Shown here: piece by piece, positions 25,370 to 36,055 of the stretch
How the letters are laid out: each line of letters opens with the position of its first letter
Position numbering within the stretch: position 1 is the first letter of the stretch
From: Octopus sinensis
Lineage: Eukaryota
Length of the DNA: 64,000 nucleotides
Reading direction: 5' to 3'
Assembly (NCBI RefSeq): GCF_006345805.1
Contig: NC_043000.1
Location: 31,558,001 to 31,622,000, forward strand
Made by a program: the position numbers and the translations under genes
Notes under the pieces: generated by a model
What the model was told of the DNA's origin: nothing
Seen by the model: only the letters and a program-made list of their open reading frames with translations
Database searches by the model: none

Positions 25370-27445
25370 AAAAGTCAGATAGAAAATGCTAAAATAATTT
25401 TATAAAAAAAATTTCAGTACGGGTTCAGTCATTGAGACTTTTTCAACTGTAACAATTAAACAATTAACTTTGGAAAAATTAGAAGAAAAGTTTTTTAAAA
25501 AAGAATATTTGTATAGTGTTCAAATACAAGTGGTATTTTCTTTGTTTCTGCCTGTCTCTGTCTCTCTTGTTTACTCTTGTGGGTTCGAGCTGTTGTGAAT
25601 TCTTGGTAGGGTGAAGAAGAATGTGGGAGTGCCATGACAGTAGTATGTTGAATGGTCAGCTGTGCTGCTTCCCTGAAAATGACCCCCAGTTGATGGTAGC
25701 AGTTGCTGTTCAATTCATGAAAATATTTCTTTTGAATGTTTTGTTTATGAAATTTGTGAGGGTGTTATTCTAAACAGCATTAGTGATAAGAAGGAGAAGA
25801 AGAAGGGAGAAAGAGAAGGAGGAATAGGAAAATAATGTAGGTAGTGTGAAAGTAGTAAGGTGTTAAACGTTTAAATGACTTAAAATTGGCACGTTATGGG
25901 TTATAGCAGTGATTGGGACTGTTTTTTAATGAATTCTTGGGAATCTCTTGATTGTATCATTTTTAATATTTTCGTGTGTATTTGTGTTATTCTAAGGCCG
26001 AGGTGAATATGTCGTAGACGCGTTCAGAAGGATCCTGCATTTTGTAATAAAGAGAGTCTCTTTACTAATTCGTTGGCTCCAGGTTGTATCGTCCCTGAAT
26101 TGGTAGAGGGGAAAATTCTAAAGCTTGGATATTTGTTATTGGCGCAAATGTCTATGTGAATGCTATTTTTCTGTTTTGGGGAATTTTTATCTGGGATATG
26201 TGCAGGGCCATTCTTTTACGTAGACTATTTTTTGTTTGGCCTATGTATTGCTCTTGAAACCCAGAGCAGGTTAGTGTGTGTATCAGGTTCTCCGAAGCAC
26301 ATGTGAAGTTGATTTTCACTGTGAAACGTTGTCCCTGTTTGAAGGAGAACTCTGATCCCTCAATTAGATAATCGCATATTCTACAATTGGGTCTTCCACA
26401 TTTTTTTTACTGACGGCTTCTGTGTTGTTGAACTTATTCGGGCTTGTGTTAGGAGACTTTTCATAGATTTGGGCTGTCTCTTGCTTTTTATGATGGTGTG
26501 TGTCTGGAGGATTAAGTTCATTCTGTGGTCCTTTTTTAGCAGGTGTATGTTTTGGAGGATGGTGTCGAAGGCTTCATTGTTGAGAGGGTTGTGTATGGAG
26601 ATGTATGGTAGGGCTTTTGGTTGCAAATTTTTCTTTAATTTGGGATGTCTTAGTTCCTGGATGTTGAGTTGAAGGGCACGTTCAAAGCATATGTCAATTA
26701 GTGAAGGTGGGTAGTTCCTGGTGATGAGTGTATCTTTTAGTTCATGTAGTCGTGTGTCTCTGGTATTTGCATTAGAAACTATAGTACATATCCTTTTTGC
26801 TAGGTTGAAGGGGATATTCATTCTGGTGTGTCTGGGGTGGCATGAATTGAATGGTAGATATTGCTTGGAATCCGTAGGCTTATAGTATATATCTGTTTCT
26901 ATTACGTTGTTAGATTTCTTAATGAAGATGTCGAGGAAGGGGAGTTGTTGCTGGCTATATTCCATCGTGAATTGAATGTTTACGTCAAGTCCATTTAAAA
27001 GTGTTTGGAATTCTTTAAGTTCCTCTATATTTTCATGCCAAAGAATGAAACATTCATCTAGGTATCTCTTCTAATTACTTTCTATGTAGAGGGAGAAAGG
27101 GCTGCTGTATCTTTCTAGAACCTTACGATAAAGACTAATTTCTAGATATTCCATGACTAGGTTAGTAAAGGAGGGGGCCATTCGCGTACCCATCGCAGTC
27201 CCCGATTTTTGTCGGTAGAAGTTGTCTTTGAAAGCGAAGTAGTTATTTTCCAGGTGGAATTTTAGCCCTTCTATCACGAATTCTTTTTTGATGCGATGTG
27301 GGAGTTCGTTGGAGTAATTCACTAGCCAGAATTGAATTGCCATTTGTGTTTTTATTTGTGCATATGTTGATATGGGTAATTCGAGATGTGTTCACAGAAG
27401 TGATCAAGTGTTTTGTTCTTACCTTTTGAGGGGGTGTAGTTACTC
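25370..27445 (-). mobile_element. Degenerate Penelope-like retroelement: RT, GIY-YIG endonuclease and 3' pLTR
   Basis: RT fragments YRQKSGTAMGTRMAPSFTNLVMEYLE (ORF 27071-27343) and IYYKPTDSKQYLPFNSCHP (ORF 26381-26965). GIY-YIG motif CSGFQEQYIGQTKNSLRKRM at ~26210-26280. HHR-like CAG-TTGAAAA-AGTC-tcaat-GACT-GAACCCGTA-CTG at 25415-25449. Confidence 0.9.
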
Positions 27446-27929
27446 CTATTTCGAACCATAGTGATCTCATATGGTGATCTCGCGAAATGGTGATCTCATA
27501 TCAAGATAAATAGCGCATGACCTTAGAATTTTCTTCTAGTCAAGTAGCCCATCCCGCTCAATAAGGATTGTTTAAGGATGTTGAACGAACCACCCATGTT
27601 TCTAAATGTGAATTATCCAAACCTCCAAGAATGCACATATCGTCAGCCACTAAGGAACATAGTCAACTGGTTAAAGTCAAACAACTGACAAGCAAATCTG
27701 TGGTATTGAGCAGAATATTTGCTGTAGCCCATCTTTTATACCAAGACAAAACAATGTACATGATAACACTTCCAATCAGTTAAGATCAGAAGCCATGAGA
27801 GCCACTGTCTGGTACTACATCAGGGCATAATATTATTATTATTATCATCATCATCATCATCATCATCATCGTCATTGTTGTTGTTGTTGTTGTTGTTGTT
27901 GATGATGATGGCTCAGGTTCAGTTTTTCA

Positions 27930-28354
27930 TTCAAGGTAGTAATTATTTGGATCTCGTATTACTACCTGTGACCTTAGGTATATACAATTTTTCAGCAGCC
28001 CTTAAATTGCTTAGAAACCTCGTCATAATCCTTGCTGCCCCTAAAAAACAAACTTTCTGTAGGAGCTCTTCTGGGAATTCTATTCCAATCTCCTTTAGCC
28101 ATTTCTCTATATCTTGGCTTATTGTTCCCAACGCTCCACGTATTATAGTCACGACTTTTACTGTTCGCATGCTCCAAATTCTTCCTATTTCAAATTTTAA
28201 TGGATTATATTTTTTCCTCCTCTGACTTTACATTCCTGGAATCAGACAGGCCTGAGGGGTCGATAAGTAAGCAACTTCACTTCACCTAATCTATAATCGT
28301 CATGTCTGGTTTATTATTTTCTTTTTTTTTTGTCTGTTTGAATAGGAGAGTCCA

Positions 28355-28422
<68 letters not shown>

Positions 28423-28860
28423 CATTATTATATGTTTGACTTTTGATTCGTATTTGTACAAGTTGGCTCCATGTCTCACCCAGAGACCTCAAGAGACAAC
28501 AAGTTAGAAGTTCAAGTTGGCGTTATACCTAGCGTATCATATATTTGGTTTTGCACATAGTATAGTTCTAGAGAATGTTTAAGAAAACAAGAAAATTATG
28601 ATTTTGTTTTGAAATTTGAGATTACATAGAAAGTATTTTACGTAGGATATGGGCAGTTCCCATGAGAGCTATCTTTTGAATGTCTGCCATTTTGGGGTTT
28701 CCTGGTATCTGAGCCAGGTAACAATCAGCTCCTTTTGCTATCATTCCTAGAGCATCTATGGCAACAGGTATTGTTTTAGTCTTCAGATTCCACATTATGC
28801 CAATTTCTATTTCAAGATTTTTATACTTGCTCAATTTTTGGTAGGTTTTGACATACATTT
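27930..28860 (-). mobile_element. Cluster of R4/Dong-like LINE 3' ends (27930-28200, 28280-28340, 28420-28860)
   Basis: KLSKYKNLEIEIGIMWNLKTKTIPVAIDALGMI...GTAHILRKILSM and RTVKVVTIIRGALGTI...LQKVCFLGAARIM, separated by (ATT)n tracts. Confidence 0.8.
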
Positions 28861-28927
28861 ATGTCGATTGGGATTTATATTAATGAGGTGGCCTATTTGC
28901 ATCTATATTATTATTATATTATTATTA

Positions 28928-28979
<52 letters not shown>

Positions 28980-29393
28980 TTATTATTATTATTGTCGTTG
29001 TTGTTGTTATTATCGTTATTATTATCATCATCATCATTATTATTATTATTATTATTATTGCTATTTTCATATGCGCTCAACAGATTAGACTGTTGGAAAA
29101 GAAAAAAAATTAACATCTATTACTCTGTCAGTCTGAACGTTAAAGTCTCACAACAGCATGTATTTCTTACTTTCTAGTACTTTACTAGGTTCATGTTCAT
29201 ACCGTTTATTAGTATGTTCAAATCCTAGCTTAATACATATATCCCAGTGGATTATTCTCCCTAGATTGTCATATCTTTTCTTGTATTCTTTCTGTGCCAG
29301 CATGTTACATTCACTTACTGAGGAGCTTTTCTCCTCCTTGAGTTCCCGTCACTGTTTTCCAACACGTTCACCTATGCTACGTGCTGTAAAGGC

Positions 29394-29469
<76 letters not shown>

Positions 29470-29685
29470 CCACGCCTTTAATCTTCATTCCTATTCACCT
29501 ATCGCACTATATTTCTCTACTTTTAGTTTTCTGCTAATTTTTTCTTCCTCCTTCTCTTTCTATAAATTGCCTTTGACATTATATCTATTAAGGGTATTTT
29601 TAAGAAACATACCAGTGTTCCTTTCATCATATATGCAGTAATCACATTCGGTTAAAATATCTTCTTGATGCGTTTTATTTTTCTT

Positions 29686-29774
29686 TTTTCTCTGATGAGA
29701 AGTTTGCGTTGTTTTACATCATTTTATTCCTTCTGGAATAATACCAGTGTTTTCTTCGAAACATATGTCGGAAG
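29686..29774 (+). ncRNA. Candidate type I hammerhead with a 51-nt stem II loop
   Basis: TTTCT-CTGATGA (29692-29698)-GAAG...CTTC-GAAA-CATATG-TC^GGAAG: palindromic ACATATGT stem III, GUC triplet, 5-bp stem I with G-U pairs. Confidence 0.55.
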
Positions 29775-29844
29775 TATAAAGATATTGCCTTCATAACAAA
29801 GTATTTAAAAGACGTTTTATCTTTCATGGAGGGAAAAGTGTTCA

Positions 29845-29887
29845 TTCTGACTAGTTTTTGATCTTCTTTGATCTTCATCAGAGAAAG
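29845..29887 (-). ncRNA. Degenerate hammerhead-like motif facing the 29686-29774 motif
   Basis: TTCT-CTGATGA-AGATC-aaagaa-GATC-AAAAA-CTAG-TC^AGAA. GAAA is eroded; the ACTAGT palindrome and 4-bp stem I are retained. Confidence 0.4.
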
Positions 29888-30456
29888 TTTATCTATTCTT
29901 TCACTCTGAGACTAAATTGCATATTCACTTAAAAGCTATTCTTTATATTTCAAAATGTGTGAGTGAGTGTGATGTGTGTGATGATGTAGGTGTGTAGGGT
30001 GTATAGGGTCATATGTTCGAGTGGGTGAGTAGGTGGAAATGGTTGTGTATGTATTTTATGCATGTGTATATGTGTAACAGCATAAATGCGAATATTTTGT
30101 TTTGGTTCCACCCCCAAAATATAGTGAACATCCATTCATATTCATTATATGAATTGATTAAACTCCTTTTATATTGTTATTATTTTTATGTTACAAATAT
30201 ATGATATTTCCCAGTTCAGAATTGGCTGACAAGTAGGCTGGCTGGTTGGTTGGTTGGTGGGAGGGAGCGGCACAAAATTGTTAAAGTGCCGGACAGAATG
30301 TTCTGTGGTATTCATATTAAGTCCTTATGTGTAACTTAAGTCAACTGTAATGTTTACCCGAAGAATTTTGAGAGAATACGCTAGTAGCAGTAGCAGTATT
30401 AATATTATTATTATTATTATTAGTAGTAGTAGTAGTAGTAGTAGTATTTGTAGTAA

Positions 30457-30503
<47 letters not shown>

Positions 30504-31065
30504 TAGTAGTAGTAGTAGTAGTAGTAGTAGTAACAGCAGCAGCGGCAAAGGCGACAGCAGTTGTGTGATAACTTAGCATATATACGTATATCTACACAGA
30601 TATATAACAAATGTACATACATACACAAACATACATACAGATATACATACATTACATACATATACATTTACATACAATACATGCATGATTACATATACAC
30701 ATATACTTACACGCATGCATAAATACATACACTCATATATGCATACATACATAATATGCATGCCTACGTAAGCACACACACACATATACACACACACACG
30801 TAGCCACACATACATAGGCGCATGCACACCTCACATTATCTTTTTGAATGTCTGTAAATGCGCCAAGCAGACCAAGCGAATTAACTCTAACTGAAATATT
30901 CTTGTTTCACTAAAACAGAGCCAAACGTGATGCAAAGACACAAGACGGAATTATTTACGCCAATAGCATATTATTTATTGTCTACAAAAACAACAAATTC
31001 TAATTTGTGTTGTTGCCTCAATCCTAGACGTTGTTGCAAAATTAATTTTATAAAACTACTACTAC

Positions 31066-31130
<65 letters not shown>

Positions 31131-32568
31131 TATTATTATATTATTATTATTATTATTATTATTTTATTATTATTATTATTATATCCTCCTCGCGGAAATC
31201 TGTAGTAAAAGACAAAATATTTATCCGCTGGAGCTGAAGAGGAAACAGAATATAGCTAATATGGTCGTCTCTTTGTGACTATTGGCTGTTTGTTAAACAA
31301 CATGTTGATGTGTGAAGTATGGCGTCAATTTAATTTTGTCGTCAATATAATTAAAGTAGTTTCCAAGTATCGTAATTACTAAATTATACTAAATAACTTT
31401 TTAACATATATTTTATTTCAAAACATGTGCTTAATTCAATATAATTGCTCTTATATATTGATTCGATTTTTTTTTTCTTTTTCTTTTTAAAATTTAAATC
31501 AATCTTGACGTTGTGACTCCTCTCGCCATTTAAGTTTGCTGACTTAGCTGACAATTTAACAGCAAAGCTTGTCTGATGATCGCTTTTTTCTGAAAGAAAA
31601 ACAAATATTTAACTGGTCTTCATTTTTAAAACAGACATCCAGACTTGACAATGGGAGATGAAAAAAAGTGCTACGTTTCTTAATTAACAATGAATGGGAA
31701 CATTAATTTGTCTTCGCTGTAATTACAACATCAACACTTATATTACCAGATTTGATTAAGAAGTAGAAAATATATATTTCACATATATTGTAGACATTTT
31801 AATGAAATAATGTGTGAGGAAGTAAATTTAACAATTGTAATCTTTTGTAAACGAAGTGTGGTGTTGTGTGGAAATTTGTATTCTATATTGTAATGGAATG
31901 GAGGAATGCAAAACTTTTCTCCTTGGATAAGAATAACTATGAAAGAGATTGATAAGTATTAGTCTGGTTTGAGTCTATCGATTAGTCGTTAGAAGGAAGA
32001 TAAGGGCAAAGACAGGACTTGAAAAACAATTCTATTGGTATTTCAACACAATTTTTTCTTTTTGTCTAAGATTCTTGTTTTTAGGTTTGTGCGTGGTCAG
32101 GTATTTAACATGTTGAGCTGACTATCACAAAACCGTGGGTCCAATTGCTGGAACGAGTAGCGCATTGTGTCCTTAATCAAGGCACTCCATTTCATGTTGC
32201 TCCAGTCAGCTCATCTATAAATAAGTACCAGAATATTACTAGTGCAGCCCTCTCTCTGCCTCTATCTGTCCCATTCTCAATGTTCGACTGGATCAAGGAT
32301 AGAAAGGCCGAGATGGTGCTTGCATCAGTTCGTTTCTCTAAAGATGCCTAAAACAACTAAGGAGATTATTGTGCAAGCTCTCCATCAAAGCTTTATTGTT
32401 TTTCTCGGATGTTTCTATTCTGAATGCCTGGGTTCGTTTTCACTTCCGCAGCGCAATAACTTAAAACATCTCGTTAAAAACGCTAAAGTCATCGTGAATT
32501 GGAGGATTAAAACAATAAAGCCATCACAGATAAACAAAGATAAACCATTTCCAATTGTTTTATTTGTG

Positions 32569-32950
32569 ACTAGCACTATGACCCGGCAATGCCGGGTCAT
32601 AGTGCTAGTGCATGCATATACAGCTGCGTGCGTGCGCACATACACGCGATTGCTGTCCAAATCTCCGCCCAATCACATACAGCTAGCTGGCATTCAATTG
32701 ACGTATCAAGTTTCGGGCATTTTGATTGAGTTTTGATTGGAAAATTCACAAAAAAGTCACTTCTATTGATTTTTTAATGGCTTTGCGGGGTGAGTGGAGA
32801 AATGTAAAAATGTGCTCGACCACCCTTGGACGGTTTTGAATGACCATAGAAAGTGCGAGTCCTCTTACGGAAAGATTGTGGATTTGTATAAAGGACATGC
32901 ACACACGCACACACACAGACATTTTGCCGTTTATATATATATATATAGAT
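32569..32950 (+). mobile_element. Helentron-associated non-autonomous element (HINE/DINE-1-like)
   Basis: Starts with a perfect 19-bp-arm palindrome ACTAGCACTATGACCCGGC-aat-GCCGGGTCATAGTGCTAGT. Ends ACAGACATTTTGCCGTTTATATATATATATATAGAT. Both termini are typical of this class. Confidence 0.7.
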
Positions 32951-33000
32951 AGATAGATAAATGAATGATATCTGATTTTACTTTTTTATTTTTTTTGCAG

Positions 33001-33294
33001 CAAAGCTTGATGGTGTGAAGACTTATATGACGTTGCGAAGAGTTCCGCTTATTCTCCAAGATCGGGTCATTAAATGGTTTGATTATTTATGGATGTGTAA
33101 TAAATCGACGGATGAAGAAAGAACGCTTAGTTTACTCCCAGACAAACTCAAAGCAGAAATAGCAATCCACGTGCACTTGGATACATTAAAACGGGTAGAA
33201 ATATTCCAGAATACTGAAGCCGGTTTCTTATGTGAACTGGTCCTTCGGCTCCGTCCTGTCCTTTTCTCCCCTGGAGATTATATTTGCCGGAAAG
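33001..33294 (+). CDS. Internal exon of a cyclic nucleotide-gated cation channel alpha-type subunit (C-linker plus start of cyclic-nucleotide-binding domain)
   Basis: Polypyrimidine tract with AG at 32999-33000 and GTAAGT donor at 33295. 294 bp, phase 1-1. Translation [98 protein letters not shown] is a hallmark CNGA-type C-linker/CNBD. Confidence 0.95.
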
Positions 33295-33319
33295 GTAAGT
33301 GAACTTTTAATATCTGTAT

Positions 33320-33520
33320 TGCTGTCAGAGCTAGAAAAACTGTTAGCAAGCCGGATAAAATGCTTAGCAGCATTTCGTCCGTCTTTATCTTCTGACTTCA
33401 AATACCGCTGAGGTCGACTTTGGCTTTAAAGTTTTAAGAATTGATCAAATAAATCCCAGCTGAACACTGGGGATGGCGTAATCAAGTAACCCATCTCCCT
33501 AAAATTTCAGGCCTTGTGCC
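33320..33520 (+). mobile_element. Diverged family A SINE just downstream of the CNG exon
   Basis: GTTAGCAAGCCGGATAAAATGCTTAGC...GAGGTCGACTTTGGCTTT. Confidence 0.7.
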
Positions 33521-34924
33521 TAAAGAAATCGGAAAGCTAAATAATAAGGGTCGCTATAATATTTGATAATTACATCAAACCCAAAGAAAAATGCGTTTTA
33601 CATTTATTTTGACGTATTCACTGTATACAGGTATATGGATGCCAAACACAGTTACAAAATAATAGTATTTGCGTTAATGAATTCAATTAATATTTGTTTA
33701 AAACTTTTCCTGACTCTCAACTTTACAGGTGGTGTAGATTTTTAAAATTATGTTACCTTCCTCTTGAAATTCTGTCTAAGAAAACAAAATAAACTTGTTC
33801 ACTAATCACGATGCTATTTTCAAACACTGCTAATCAAAAACAAAACAAAAAAAAAACTTCATGCCACACAGCTCCATAAGCGGCACACAGTTACAAATCT
33901 CGGCACCCCACCAAATTGCATATACACTTAAAAGCTATTCTTTATATTTCAAAATGTGTGAGTGAGTGTGATGTGTGTGATGATGTAGGTGTGTAGGGTG
34001 TATCACTAAGGATGTTTCAAGACAAACAATCTTAATATAGTTAATACTCCTTCTCAAAAATTGTTATTCAGTCAGAAAATACTTCATCACCAAAACAAAA
34101 TGCTAGAAATAATAACTAAATGTTCCTCACGTTGCAGTCTAATGTATTACATAAGGAAGGATAGATAAAACAATGTTGTTTTAGAAATATCTGAAATGAC
34201 AGAATAGTCACGGTTGGAATGCCGTTGATTACAGATTAGCTAGATTAAGGCGGATCTGTAATCTGTAGCTAAACACCACGTTTTGAAATCTCATTGATGC
34301 CCGTATACCTGTGAGTTCGATTAGAATTCAATATGTTGTATTTTTTTTTCACTTAGTGACCTTGTGACCTTTTGGGTAGGAGCAAAAGGAATTTTTGTAT
34401 TCAAGTAGTCAAAGATTTTAATTGGAAATCCAGGTGTTGATTTTGATTTCCTCCAGTAAGAATTAGAATTACATTTCAAGGTTTTGTCTTTTGTATTCAT
34501 TAATGTTAAGGGGTAGAGAATTGTATGGATGTGGTCATTTTTTTTAAAATTCCAGATGATGATTTTTGATTTAGCCGTGTATATGTTTTGAAAGAATGAT
34601 TTATAAGTAATTATGGTTATGATCTTAAATACAATCTGAAAAAAATGTTTAAGTGAAGAAAAGTGTTTCTCAGTTATAAATATGATCTGAATTTCTTTAA
34701 AAAAATCATAAATATGATCCGAGTCGAAAAAACAGAGGAGGGGGAAAATCTAAATGGCAATGAAAATATACCTTCTCTGCAGTTTCATAGAGGTCATATT
34801 TGGGGGAGAATAAAAATGTAAATAAAAATATAATCATCCAATATACAATATCTGGGCATCACTTCAAAAGCTCTCTCTGTCTCTCTAAATATATATATAT
34901 ATAGTGAGAATTTGCAAAAAAAGG

Positions 34925-35710
34925 GTGCAGACGGGTATGTAAACAACAAACAGATGTATTAGTTTAACGCTCGGGAAGTGAGAAAGTCTTTTACGTTTCG
35001 AGCCAACGCTCTTCTACAGAAAGGGACACAGAAATAAACAGGGAGAGAAAATAAAAAGAAGGTTTAGTGGCTAGTGAGCTATCATGGCGAATGCTCGACA
35101 GAGGGGTCACACATTAGGAAGCTAGGAAGAAGGGGAGATAATAATGTAGTGATCCCAAAACGAAGTTGCGCGTGCATGTGTGCATGTGTAGGTGTGCGGA
35201 TGATGGTGTAGGTGCTGGGAAGTGGTCAGTGCTATTGTGTGCGGGGTAGTGTGATGTAGTGTGGTGTAGTAATGTTGGGGTGTGGGGAAGGCGAGAGTGG
35301 AGAAGCAAGGTGGTGTCTAAGGGATAGGGTAGGATGGGATGGGATGTATAGGGATGTTGAGGTTGGAATGTGTAGGGGTGGGGTAACTAGGTAGGGGATG
35401 ACGATGCAGGGAGAGGCTGGAAGGGAGAAGGTGGGTAGGAATGAAGAGATGAAGTAGGTGCAAGAGGAAGAGAGGAGATGTGATTGGGTGGGAGGAAGTA
35501 GGTGTGAGAGGAAGAGATGAGAGAGGTGGAAGGTTAGATGAAAAGGGGTGGAGAGTTGAGCCCATGTGGCGCGAAGAGAGAAGATTAATCCCTGCTCACG
35601 GCAAAGACGGGAGTCCGGATGGCCCCTGTGCAAGGACAGTCCGAACACAGATAGGTGTTGTAAAGAGTGACCGGTGGAGGGGAAATGGCCCGAGACCGGG
35701 GTGTCGTTGT
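34925..35710 (-). mobile_element. 3' end of a Penelope-like element: GIY-YIG C-terminus, pLTR and hammerhead (34988-35023)
   Basis: GHSLQHLSVFGLSLHRGHPDSRLCREQGLIFS at ~35575-35670 is typical of a PLE ORF end. A CA-rich UTR follows, then CTTT-CTGTAGA-A-GAGC-gttg-GCTC-GAAACGTA^AAAG. Confidence 0.8.
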
Positions 35711-35714
35711 ATCT

Positions 35715-36055
35715 GCATCAACCTGTGTAATTATTGTTGGAGCTTTATACAATTCTCCGCACACAAACTGATCAGATGGAGAGAGAATAGACCTATTATG
35801 CTGAATGACTGGCAATGGCATTTATCGGTTGCCAGCGAGAAAATCACTCGAACTGGAAGCTGTAATCGCGTAAATGCGAATCGTTGAATACTGTCAAAAC
35901 GAATCGGCTTCATTATTGGCACAATGGCAAGTTTTCTGTAATGTTCACCTTTGGAAACAATATTGTCGTTAATCAAGTCTTCATATAAATGGAATATTGG
36001 AATAAATAGATTACTGGTATTGACGTGAACATAAATGAAAATATACTTACACATT
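35715..36055 (-). mobile_element. Helitron PIF1-type helicase C-terminal remnant
   Basis: FAFTRLQLPVRVIFSLATDKCHCQSFSIIG resembles [28 protein letters not shown]. Confidence 0.7.
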
